A DNA stretch of 63,840 nt, counting the filler, from Octopus bimaculoides (taxonomy: Eukaryota): NCBI RefSeq assembly GCF_001194135.2. It is 5 parts of 5 records of this genome, joined end to end, with 100 filler letters (N's around TTAATTAATTAA, not from the genome) between each part and the next. Parts side by side here need not be neighbours in the genome. Positions count along the whole stretch, not along the records: positions 31,489 to 53,380 come from NC_068988.1; positions 53,481 to 60,569 come from NC_068981.1; positions 60,670 to 62,594 come from NW_026405553.1; positions 62,695 to 63,840 come from NC_068982.1; 1 more part is not named here. The stretch is one strand, 5' to 3'. Shown here piece by piece: positions 52,452 through 63,840 of the stretch. Numbering within the stretch: the stretch's first letter is position 1; the number at the start of each line of letters is the position of its first letter. The translations under genes were made by a program, and so were the position numbers. The notes under the pieces are model-generated. The model made no database searches. It worked only from the letters and a program-made list of their open reading frames with translations, and had not been told where the DNA came from.

Positions 52452-53054
52452 NNNNNNNNNNNNNNNNNNNNNNNNNNNNNNNNNNNNNNNNNNNNNNNNN
52501 NNNNNNNNNNNNNNNNNNNNNNNNNNNNNNNNNNNNNNNNNNNNNNNNNNNNNNNNNNNNNNNNNNNNNNNNNNNNNNNNNNNNNNNNNNNNNNNNNNNN
52601 NNNNNNNNNNNNNNNNNNNNNNNNNNNNNNNNNNNNNNNNNNNNNNNNNNNNNNNNNNNNNNNNNNNNNNNNNNNNNNNNNNNNNNNNNNNNNNNNNNNN
52701 NNNNNNNNNNNNNNNNNNNNNNNNNNNNNNNNNNNNNNNNNNNNNNNNNNNNNNNNNNNNNNNNNNNNNNNNNNNNNNNNNNNNNNNNNNNNNNNNNNNN
52801 NNNNNNNNNNNNNNTGAAATTTTATATGAAAAACTCCAAAATTGATCCACACCCACCTCGCAGCCTCGTCCCACTGTTTTGTCCGTTTGTGCATGCGTAG
52901 ATTTATAGTAAAACAGCAAAAGGATCACCACGAAACTCGATATGCTAAAATTAACAGCTAAATGTCTGGAGAATTTTTGTGTTTGCGCAAGCGCAACAAT
53001 TTCTACACCTTATCTGGATGGACAGAGAAAGTACACAGAAATATTACACTTTTA

Positions 53055-53380
53055 CTTGTTTCAGTCATTTTGACTGTGGCCATGCTGGAACACTGCCTTT
53101 TAGTCGAAGAAATCGATCCCTGGACTTATTTTTTTGTAAGTTTTGTACTTATTCTAGCGGTCTCTTTTGCCGGACTGCTAAGTTACGGGGACGTAAACAC
53201 ACCAACATCGGATGTCAAGCGATGGTGGAGGGACAAATATATACATATACAGGCGCAGGATTGGTTGTTCGGTAAGTAGCTTGCTTACCAACCACAGGGT
53301 TCTGGGTTCATTCTCACTGCATGACACCTTGGGCAAGTGTCTTCTGCTATAGCTTCGGGCCTACCAAAGCCTTGTAAGTG
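53055..53380. mobile_element. Back-to-back SINE halves: minus-strand 3' half (to about 53240) and plus-strand CORE-type head (from 53251)
   Basis: TTGTTTCAGTCATTTTGACTGTGGCCATGCTGG..TTACGGGGACGTAAACACACC, then AGGCGCAGGA..CTGGGTTCA..CACCTTGGGCAAGTGTCTTC. Confidence 0.7.
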
Positions 53381-53514
53381 NNNNNNNNNNNNNNNNNNNN
53401 NNNNNNNNNNNNNNNNNNNNNNNNTTAATTAATTAANNNNNNNNNNNNNNNNNNNNNNNNNNNNNNNNNNNNNNNNNNNNATATATATATATATATATAT
53501 ATTATGTATGTATG

Positions 53515-53573
<59 letters not shown>

Positions 53574-54650
53574 ATATATACATGTATGTATGTGTATTTA
53601 TATATATATATAGATATATACCCCATCAAGTACCAACGTTCTCATACAGCAAGCTTCATAATTGTTGAGAGATCTCTCTCCACATGAAACTCTTGGTAGC
53701 CTTTTTAACACACAAATAAAGAACATTTGTCTGTTCGATATTTGTGTGTGCGCACGCGTGGGTGTAGACCGCTTTTCCCAGTGATTTATGTGTTTCTTTT
53801 TCTACTAATATTTTTGCTACTTAATCACTAAATAATTTCTGGAGGCAAGGTAATGAATATATGTATCCACACGTATTAAAAAATACAAGCATGAACAGTA
53901 ATCTATAAAAGTCAGAACCAGTGTTTTCATGATTGTCAACACAACTGTTGGCTCTCGAGCTAAGAATATTATCAGCACCTATCTTGCTACTTCGCAACAC
54001 GTAAGTACCAGACAGTTTACGTAGATTAGGATGTTAACGCATGTTACTAGATATAAAAATTCTCAAATAGAGAATTGATTCTATGTTTGAGATTTATTTT
54101 CGGTTTGAGGTCATGTCATTGTTCAAATACGTGCGTACATTGCATAAATACATACATACATATATACATACATACATAGATATATACATACATACATGTG
54201 TGTGTGTGTATGTAGGTATGTATGTATGTATGTATGTATGTATATATANNNNNNNNNNNNNNNNNNNNNNNNNNNNNNNNNNNNNNNNNNNNNNNNNNNN
54301 NNNNNNNNNNNNNNNNNNNNNNNNNNNNNNNNNNNNNNNNNNNNNNNNNNNNNNNNNNNNNNNNNNNNNNNNNNNNNNNNNNNNNNNNNNNNNNNNNNNN
54401 NNNNNNNNNNNNNNNNNNNNNNNNNNNNNNNNNNNNNNNNNNNNNNNNNNNNNNNNNNNNNNNNNNNNNNNNNNNNNNNNNNNNNNNNNNNNNNNNNNNN
54501 NNNNNNNNNNNNNNNNNNNNNNNNNNNNNNNNNNNNNNNNNNNNNNNNNNNNNNNNNNNNNNNNNNNNNNNNNNNNNNNNNNNNNNNNNNNNNNNNNNNN
54601 NNNNNNNNNNNNNNNNNNNNNNNNNNNNNNNNNNNNNNNNNNNNNNNNNN

Positions 54651-54920
54651 NCACAGACACGTGTACCCTTAACGTAGTTCTCAGAGATATTCAGAGTGAC
54701 ACAGTGTGACAAGGCTAACCCTTTGAATTACAGGCACAACAGAAACAGGAAGTAAGAGTGAGAGAAAGTTGTGGTGGAAGAGTACAGCAGGGTTCGCCAC
54801 CATTCTCTGCCGGAGCCTCGTGGAGCTTTAGGTGTTTTCGCTCAATAAACACTCACAACGCCTGGTCTGGGAATCGAAACCGCGAGTCCGCTGCCCTAAC
54901 CACTGGGCCATTGCGCCTCC
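54651..54920 (-). mobile_element. tRNA-derived SINE
   Basis: Reverse complement begins GGAGGCGCAATGGCCCAGTGGTTAGGGCAGCGG (A box) then GGTTTCGATTCCCAG (B box-like). Confidence 0.8.
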
Positions 54921-54986
54921 CATGTAGGTGATAGGCTTCATTAATATCTCAGCTGATCAACAGAAGTGGATTCATTTAATTTAAAT

Positions 54987-55282
54987 CAGTGTTTCTCAGC
55001 TTTTTAAAAAATTTTAAAGTTATGTGCCGCTTTGATTCCTATATTTCTTGAATGGACCCTCATGAGCATTCAGTATTTAAAAAAGATCTTATTGCAGTTT
55101 TATAATTAAACATTATTAGGAGTTGCATACAAAAAAAATTGTTAAAATATTTTGCGTATTGCAGAAGTATAACCAATTTATAACCAATTTATATATATAT
55201 ATATACATATACATTTTAACAACAATATCTTACATGGACTTCACCCCATAAGGGCCATATGGACCCCAGTTGAGAACCACTG
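54987..55282. mobile_element. hAT MITE with 8-bp TSD
   Basis: TIRs CAGTGTTTCTCAGC and GTTGAGAACCACTG (12/14); ATTTAAAT on both sides (54979-54986, 55283-55290). Confidence 0.9.
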
Positions 55283-55290
55283 ATTTAAAT

Positions 55291-55630
55291 AGCTGAATAC
55301 GTCTGGTGCCTGTTTGTCAGACGTGTTCAACTATTTACATGAAGTGAATCTTGCAGTGCAGAAATTCAAAGTGACAGTCACAGTTTCTTGATAGTGCTAA
55401 AGAACAAGAAAAAAATTTCACTTTGGAATCACTGAAGTGATAAAAAAAAAATTCTTCGTTTTCTGTTTATTGAAAGAGATAGTGAGCATTCGGAAATCGA
55501 TCTATCATTGAAAGAAGGTGTTCATAATTATCTGTCACAACTTCAAAATTAATTTGAGAAGTACATGCCGAAGGAGACATTTGACAACCGGACCCGGAAA
55601 CCATTCTTATCGGAAATGGACAATATCGAA
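55291..55630 (+). pseudogene. hAT-Charlie transposase fragment
   Basis: ACLSDVFNYLHEVNLAVQ..HNYLSQLQN*FEKYMP..TRKPF resembles LAYL.DIF..LN.LNL.LQ..HL..L...F..YFP..W..NPF. Confidence 0.55.
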
Positions 55631-56301
55631 CACTTTAAAGAAGAGGTTTTTTCTTTTTTTTTTCCTTAAAGACTCCTAGTTAAAACTTGCTAACTGCATG
55701 CCTTCAAGTTGTACGGATGGTACACCAGCGAGGATTGGACATAAATCCGGTTTTGCCACTCTGCTGCAGAAGTTATCTCCTGAGCAAGATGTATGTATGT
55801 ATGTATGTATGTATGTATGTATGTATGTATGTATGTATGTGTCTATCTATCTATCTATCTATATATANNNNNNNNNNNNNNNNNNNNNNNNNNNNNNNNN
55901 NNNNNNNNNNNNNNNNNNNNNNNNNNNNNNNNNNNNNNNNNNNNNNNNNNNNNNNNNNNNNNNNNNNNNNNNNNNNNNNNNNNNNNNNNNNNNNNNNNNN
56001 NNNNNNNNNNNNNNNNNNNNNNNNNNNNNNNNNNNNNNNNNNNNNNNNNNNNNNNNNNNNNNNNNNNNNNNNNNNNNNNNNNNNNNNNNNNNNNNNNNNN
56101 NNNNNNNNNNNNNNNNNNNNNNNNNNNNNNNNNNNNNNNNNNNNNNNNNNNNNNNNNNNNNNNNNNNNNNNNNNNNNNNNNNNNNNNNNNNNNNNNNNNN
56201 NNNNNNNNNNNNNNNNNNNNNNNNNNNNNNNNNNNNNNNNNNNNNNNNNNNNNNNNNNNNNNNNNNNNNNNNNNNNNNNNNNGTGTGTGTGTGTGTGTGT
56301 G

Positions 56302-56339
<38 letters not shown>

Positions 56340-57049
56340 TGAGTGCGTATTTTGTATGTACGCACATATATATATATATACATATTTCTATATGTGTATC
56401 ATGTATACTACATGCATGTATGTAAGTGCATTAAGATAGAGATGCATTCATACATGCATATATACATGCATGCATGCGTGCATGAATGCGTGCATGTCTC
56501 ATGTTTGTCTGTGGGTACAAGATTATCTAGTCATCCGTAGGAATGACTGATGGCTTAAACTTAAGTGTTGACTTCGTTTAAAGTGAAGAAGAGTCGCGCA
56601 CCGTTAATTTCACTCTTTTGTCCGTCTCCATTTTCAATCCAGTGGTCAAGACCAGGTCAAGACGACGGGAATGGAGATGAATGCAGTGGATGATCAAGGT
56701 GTCTTACTTGCCTCAGCTTGTTCTCTGCACTCCATAATGCATTGCTGTTGCCATTTTCCCCTCCGTTGAACCATAAAGGTTTCTCTCACAGAGCCAGCCA
56801 GATCCAGTCTTCTTATGCATAGATAGGCAAGCCCTAATATGCTAATTGACCCGTAGTTGCACCATTGACAGGTGCTACTGGTCCAGGTCAGAGTAGACCT
56901 GGAAAAACTAGTGGCTAAGAGGTTGTTCCCTACACCTTAAAACCATAGAAGTTCTTAAACGGATGTAGTTTAATCTCATTCATACATATGCATACATACT
57001 TGTAAAATATTGCAGAAACGTAATGACAAAAAGTAAATTTACGTATATT

Positions 57050-57456
57050 GGTTTCAAATTTGGGCACAAGGCCAACAGTTAGGGGGAGGGGGGCGAGTCG
57101 ATTATATCGACCCAGTGTTCAAATGGTACTTATTTCATCAACCCCGAAAGGAAGAAACGCAAAATCGACCTAGGCAGAATTGGAACTCAGAATGTAAAGA
57201 CGGACGAAATGCCGTTAAGAATCTTGCCCGGTGTGCTAACGATTCTTTTCTACTCTAGTCACAAGGCCCAAAACTTTTAGGGAGGGGGCCCAGTCGATTA
57301 GATCGATCCCAGTACACAGCTTGTACTTAATTTATTGACCCGAAAGGATGAAAGACAAAGTCGACCTCGGCGGAATTTGAACTCAGAACGTAAAGACAGA
57401 CGAAATACTGCTAAGCATTTCGTCCTGCTAACGTTTCTGGCACCTCGTCGCCTTTA
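57050..57456 (-). mobile_element. Two tandem OR-type SINEs
   Basis: Reverse-complement cores at about 57090-57165 and 57290-57375; second head ends at about 57456. Confidence 0.85.
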
Positions 57457-58050
57457 AATTTGCATATTTTAAGATAAAAAATATATATATTGACGGTAGA
57501 CGTATCCTCACTTCGTTTTCTATCTTATCACGTTTTAAATGTTAAGATAATAAGCTGTCTTTTGTCTACATTTAAGGATATTTATGTGTGTCCATGTAGC
57601 GGAGGAATTCCAACAATAAGCCGGATACTGCTTGATAACCTGGATCAACAGAAACCTTAGCGTGTACCATCAACTTCCCTCTTTCAACTTTTCAATCACA
57701 TTCTCTCTCCCCATGATTTCCCTGGATTCTCCAAATAGCGAATCGTAGTTGCAGTAGTGAGAATTTCAGCCTTTCCTAGACAATAAAATTTCCTGGTCCT
57801 CTGCAAGATGCATTCCGTGCTTGAAATTCAATCCCCACCTACCAGAAGATGCAGAATACACTATATTCCTAAACTCAATGGTTGTTCCCGATTAACAATC
57901 TGAATCAACCTGATCAATTGAACAGTAATACGCAACAGCTCTCAGATTCACCGCTTTTACTTCACACTCAGCAATTATATATACACTTCATATTTCCTTC
58001 TCATCCAACAACTATACATACATGTGTGTGTGCGCGCGCGCGTATGTATA

Positions 58051-58284
58051 CGAAGGAGTGCTGAAACGTTCCTAGCTTTAAGGGTATCGCAAAAGGCCTG
58101 GTGGGAGACCCAGTCTTCTTTTAAAGGGCTTAGTCCTTTTACAGGGCTAGGAAAAACTGAAGGACCGCTGCAATTAGTGTGTGAATTTAAGAGGGGAATA
58201 AGTTGAATAAAATCATAATCATAATTAACTGATCCTCCAGTATTTTATTTTACTCAAAGTCAGGAACTTTTCAGCACCCCCTCG
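58051..58284. mobile_element. Mariner-type MITE with TA TSD
   Basis: 23-bp TIRs CGAAGGAGTGCTGAAACGTTCCT and AGGAACTTTTCAGCACCCCCTCG (20/23), TA at 58049-58050 and 58285-58286. Confidence 0.9.
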
Positions 58285-59979
58285 TAAATGTATGTCTGTG
58301 TGAGCGCGTGTGCGCGTGCGCACACATACACATACACACAGGGTTGTATAAAAGTTATACACATGTTCAGATTCAGATGGATATAAACAAGTCTATGTAT
58401 GTAGATCTTTACAAACGTACGTATATAAAAACACACCCATATAAACAAATACAAACACACACAAACACACACACACTCACACTACACACACACACATTAT
58501 AGAAATAAACTTACTTGAAAATGGATGCATGGCGTTCAAATAAATAACAATAATATATATATATATATATNNNNNNNNNNNNNNNNNNNNNNNNNNNNNN
58601 NNNNNNNNNNNNNNNNNNNNNNNNNNNNNNNNNNNNNNNNNNNNNNNNNNNNNNNNNNNNNNNNNNNNNNNNNNNNNNNNNNNNNNNNNNNNNNNNNNNN
58701 NNNNNNNNNNNNNNNNNNNNNNNNNNNNNNNNNNNNNNNNNNNNNNNNNNNNNNNNNNNNNNNNNNNNNNNNNNNNNNNNNNNNNNNNNNNNNNNNNNNN
58801 NNNNNNNNNNNNNNNNNNNNNNNNNNNATATATATATATATATATATATATATGGGTACAGGACGTCATCAACTGTGTAAACAACATGAAGTACGAAAAT
58901 AAACGAGTTAAATACGCAAACAACGAGAGACAAAATATGGAAAACAGGACAAGTAACCCAAAGAATGACCCTTCATCAGTTGTCGGCTGTCAATCTGCAC
59001 TTTATTTCGAGCATTCAACGACAATATGAGTCTACGAAGACAGTTGCTCCCATAAATTCCGAAATAAAATTTTGGAATTTTTGAGGGTCAAAGTTGGGAA
59101 CAAAAACAGGACACTGGAGACATACAAGGAAATGTAATCGACTTACCCCACCTTCCTCGAAGTTGCTGGCATTGTGCCAAAATTTGAGATTCATATTATT
59201 TGTAGCCATATCTACTTCGAGTTCCACTGTTAAAAACGGTTTATTTTATGTTCTCTCGAAGTTTGTAAATTCTAATGACGTAAACAATTTACAATTCTTT
59301 CAGATAAGAAAAAAAGGTTCTAAAATGGATTAACAAATTCGAAGGATTACTTCTGTACAATGGTAGAACTTTTGTCAAATTTACAGGTGTAAAGCAGCGA
59401 GTTGACTGTATCTTTAGCACACAGGGCAAGATGCCTAGCGGCTAGGGTCGTCGCTAAGCCCCTGCAATCCTTGCTACCGCAGGAGGCCTCCGAATTTGAG
59501 GGGCTCTATGTTAAGATCAAAGTACTTAGATGAGTCATCTATTTACTTTGGTTAAGAAGCTAACTGAAAATTTCAAGCCAGACGAGGAAAAAAATACGAG
59601 GCTGTACCCTAAATAAAATCAAAAGAAACGAAAAAATTAAATGAAAAAAGGTTGTCAACGAATTCCCTAGGGAGATTAAAAAAAACAAAAAACAAAAGAT
59701 ATCCAAAAGAATGAAAATAAGAACAACTTCAACAGAAAAGACAAGAAAAAGAAGCGATGGTGATGAAAGGTAGGAGTTGTATACTTATACATATAAAGAG
59801 ACACACAGGTATGCGTACACACATTCATACGCACGCGCACACACACACACACACTCACACACACACACACACACTCACATGCACACACACGCACACACAC
59901 ACACATCTGGCTTGTTTATTTCCGTCTACCAAATCCATTCACAAGGCTTTGGTCAGCTCACATAGATAGATGGACAGAC

Positions 59980-60043
<64 letters not shown>

Positions 60044-60056
60044 GGATGGATGGATG

Positions 60057-60094
<38 letters not shown>

Positions 60095-60304
60095 CGTGTA
60101 CCAAACAAACATGCATCTCTTAATCTCTCTGTATAGCTGCCCACTTTGTACCCAGAACAGTGGCCTTTGACCTCCTGAGGCAATAAAAGCTAGAAACAAA
60201 ATTCTTTCTGCACCAAAAACAAGGCGGGGGCGCGCGCGCACGACACACCCATACACACACACACACACACACACACACAGAAGTTTGTGCGTGTATGCAT
60301 CTAT

Positions 60305-60518
60305 CCGGCCAGAACGGGGTTTATCGGTTACACTCACAGTTCCCACCTTTTCATCTTTCAGACGACGGACCCACCTGCATACATGGCTATAATCTAAAGT
60401 ATTGTCCACAAAGACATTTTGTAATCGTCGGTAAATGTTCACTGGGGGGTTCCCCCTCAGCAACAAGAAATTCAATCACTGCTCTTTGTTTTTGCCGTAA
60501 CTCTAAGGAAGCAGCCAT
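60305..60518 (-). pseudogene. Mariner transposase N-terminal HTH fragment
   Basis: MAASLELRQKQRAVIEFLVAEGEP, 1-bp frameshift, PVNIYRRLQNVF..SHVCRWVRRLK..DKPRSGR; truncated at a (CA)n run. Confidence 0.8.
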
Positions 60519-61417
60519 TTTGAATTTTCCTTACCAGCCTATAAACCTGAAAAGTAAGAAACAAAATATNNNNNNNNNNNNNNNNNNNNNNNNNNNNNNN
60601 NNNNNNNNNNNNNTTAATTAATTAANNNNNNNNNNNNNNNNNNNNNNNNNNNNNNNNNNNNNNNNNNNNGTGTGTGTGTGTGTATGCGTGAATGTACATG
60701 CACAGAGACACACATATACACACATGTATAAACATACGTGAATGTGGGCGTTTATGACATGAGAGTTAGAAAGAAAGTTATCGAGAAAGACATATAGAGG
60801 GGGAGATTAAACGAATGATAAATGCTATAAATCACTGTTTAAAGCCATTACTGCTAACTCTATAATAAAGTCACTTTCACTGCATGCGTAAGACGGAGAA
60901 TATAATACGAAAGTGGAAACTATGGATTTTTAGAATACGTACCAAGCTGACATTTTTTAATAATCGTTAAAGCTTCAAATTTCCAGTATATTGGACCACA
61001 GAAAAGGGGAGAAGCCAATAAACTAGAAATAGCTACCAAATCTTCCTCAGTTGTATGTATGACAGTAAAGTGAGATGATTTCAAATGGGGATTGAAACTA
61101 TGCCTCAGTACTAGCTTGTCTAGGATATTTGTTCTTATTTTAAAGCCGGGGTCCTTAATTTTTTTTTTCATTCTATTTACCTCCTGCCAACTTTCTGGAG
61201 TTATATCCTACCACCACCACCACTCACTTTTTCTCAACAATTTAAGTTTACACTTCACCCACAGCATAACAGACGATGAAGGGTTTATTTAAAATAACTT
61301 TTTTTTTAAATATTCGTATTTGAAGTTCAAATAACACACAAATAAAAATAGTACCCAGCAATATTATTTCATTTATTGATAGTCAAATTATGAACAAATA
61401 CCAGAACTAAATACAGG

Positions 61418-62303
61418 CATCTTTTCACTTTCATCGGCAGATCGAGAAATTAGTTTTTTGTAACTAAACACTTTCAAACTTCGGACACTGGTAGAATGTG
61501 TCATATAAAACATCTTTTATACTTAGTGATGTTGAGAAAAGTTTCTATTTACGAAGTTATTTCGTGTTAAAGTTGTCGTATTTCGGTAATTTCAACCAAT
61601 CAATGGCATGTATTCAACTGAATATTAATTACTGCTGTTGTTTGTCAACAACAACTATCGGCGGTGTATATTTCGTTTGTCACTGTTATTTATGACATCG
61701 TTCGTGCGTTTGTACTGGTTTTAGCTTTAGGGTTTTAGGGTTAGGATTAGGGTTTTAGGGTTAAGGTTATGGTTTTAGGGTTAGGGTTAGGGTTAGGGTT
61801 TTAGGGTTAGGGTTTNNNNNNNNNNNNNNNNNNNNNNNNNNNNNNNNNNNNNNNNNNNNNNNNNNNNNNNNNNNNNNNNNNNNNNNNNNAAATAGTAGCC
61901 GAAAAACAGGGGGAAAAAAAACCTAAAAAGCAGTAGAAATGCACGAACGATTATGGTGGTGTCATGAAGTAAACGTGCTTCAGATACACTCGTTTATTCA
62001 TACGAACGTAACTGAGATGAAATATGTCATAAATAACAGTGACAAACGAAATATACACCGCCGATAGTTGTTGTTGACAAACAACAGCAGTAATTTTATT
62101 CAGCTGTGTACACGTCATTGATTGGTTGAAATTAACGAAATACGACAACTTTAACACGAAATAACTTCGTAAATAGAAACTTTTCTCAACAACCCTAAGA
62201 GTAAAAGATGTTTTAAATGACACATTCTACCAGTGTCCGAAGTTTGAAAGTGTTTAGTTACAAAATGTTAATTTCTCGATCTGCTGATGACAGTGAAATG
62301 ATC
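61418..62303. mobile_element. Foldback element with long inverted arms around a telomere-like array
   Basis: Arms at about 61418-61725 and 61920-62303 include a run of about 49 identical bases in inverted orientation; same family as the 39286, 40665 and 52232 arms. Confidence 0.85.
61718..61815 (+). repeat. Interstitial telomere-like array (TTAGGG and TTTTAGGG units)
   Basis: Read directly; runs into an N gap. Confidence 0.9.
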
Positions 62304-63809
62304 CAAATACAGTCTTTCCCTTGGATAACATCGGTGGCGTAACTCTGAAAGCCAGCAACATATGAACTTTGCGTGACAAACCTAATGACATTTCCAAAAA
62401 ATCGATGAATGAAAAAATAAAAGAACCTAAAACATTCGTTTTAAACTGATGTTATAAGAAATTATTATTCTATTTAATGTAAGAAATCGTTATTTACATA
62501 CAAACATCTTGACAACCTTCAAGTGACATCCTGTCATTTAGTTATGTATAGAATAATAATAATAATAACAACAACAACAACAACAACAACAACANNNNNN
62601 NNNNNNNNNNNNNNNNNNNNNNNNNNNNNNNNNNNNNNTTAATTAATTAANNNNNNNNNNNNNNNNNNNNNNNNNNNNNNNNNNNNNNNNNNNNTATATA
62701 TAGTTCAAAAACACAATAACAAAAGAACAAAAAAACAACAAAGTGAGGACGTGATATGGATAGTATTATTGGACGCATATATATATATATATGAATATTA
62801 GCGTGTGTGTATCACACAAAGCAGCTGAAAACTGCCCGGAGGGTGGGTTATTTTTTTCGTAGTATTAATAATTATTATTATAAAGAACGATGGTGATTTG
62901 TTTGCAGAATCGACAAGAATGTCGTCAATAACGGCATGCAAATTGCGTAGTCACAGCTCTTTACATTCCAAGTTCGAATCCCACCGAGGGCCACTTTTCC
63001 TTTCATCCCTCTAGAGTTGACAGGATACTTAGTAATTATGTAATTCGTTCGATGCAAATACCTCACATCTCACCTTCCACCCAAACTTTGAGATTTTCTG
63101 CCAAATTTAAAATTTCGCTGTTATAATTATTAATAACTACTAACATCTATTATTGTTAGTGATGATGATGATGATGCCACGGTTACTATTGATAATGCTA
63201 TTGTTGTTGTTACCGCTGCCGTTGTTTGATAAAAGTAGTTTGAATTAATGGATAGAGAATGTATGATTTGGTCGCCAGCCAATTGCGATATGAATTTTGC
63301 TTATCAAAAGTGTTAGCAACATTGCCAAACCAAATATTATACGTAGCGCTATTGCGTACACTGTTTTAACAACTCCAGTTTGGTGAACACATTACGTGGA
63401 ATAATCTCGCAGAAAAGTATCCAGAGACCTAACATAATAATAATAATAATAAGAAGAAGAAGAAGAGTGGTAATGATTTGTTGTATTTGACTCAGGAGCA
63501 CCAGATGAAGGGCACGTTACAAGAACGCTTTACAATTCGTATGAGGTTTGCATGAAAAGATTAAGGGAAGTAAGGAGAGGAGGGGGAGATGAAATGTAAA
63601 GTATACATACTATAAAAAGATTTGTGAACATGGTACAAGAAAGCCTTCCTGGTACAGGTAAGGCCAATCAAGGAAGCACTGACTAAAACCTGGACCGCTC
63701 TGACTACTAAGAATACTAGCCCTTGCCGAACTGTTGTCCTCCAATGTGCAGGTCGTGTTTAGAGAAAATTCTATTCTCCCTAACCATTTTTGTCACGTAT
63801 ATGTACATA

Positions 63810-63840
<31 letters not shown>

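Noticed and set aside
54860-54920. tRNA gene candidates (also other A/B-box heads)
   Set aside because: No complete cloverleaf; each continues into SINE body sequence.
58940-59000. Hammerhead-like CTGATGA core on the minus strand in a Penelope-like repeat
   Set aside because: No GAAA after a stem II and no NUH triplet at the required position.
61718-61815. True chromosome telomere
   Set aside because: Array is internal, mixed-unit and enclosed by matching inverted arms.
62280-62305. CTGATGA-CAGT-GAAA hammerhead-like string
   Set aside because: No stem II pairing, stem III or cleavage triplet; it is part of a transposon arm.

Overview
AT-rich, repeat-dense eukaryotic DNA from a draft assembly with many N gaps. 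The SINE families and the KRAB-less tandem C2H2 gene point to a coleoid cephalopod, most likely Octopus (inference). The only confidently intact host CDS is a minus-strand C2H2 zinc-finger gene (47526-48473; 10 intact fingers plus 1 degenerate). The rest is mostly transposon debris and microsatellite: a decayed Helitron RepHel (31.9-35.3 kb); a 2.8-kb internally deleted Gypsy LTR element with a 4-bp TSD, tRNA-Trp PBS and PPT (36453-39285) nested in a DNA-transposon arm; a decayed near-full-length RTE LINE (43.4-46.3 kb); five R4/Dong-type and two HERO-type RLE LINE fragments; mariner and hAT MITEs with TSDs; two foldback elements; and many SINEs. The most interesting patterns are (1) a cluster where plus-strand SINE (TTA)n tails sit beside minus-strand TAA-targeting Dong LINEs, (2) an LTR element with TG..TA termini and a duplicated U5-end/PBS unit, and (3) an inverted-arm transposon family carrying TTAGGG repeats in its centre. 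A speculative multi-exon minus-strand gene is flagged at low confidence. All family assignments are by eye from motifs; no database search was run.
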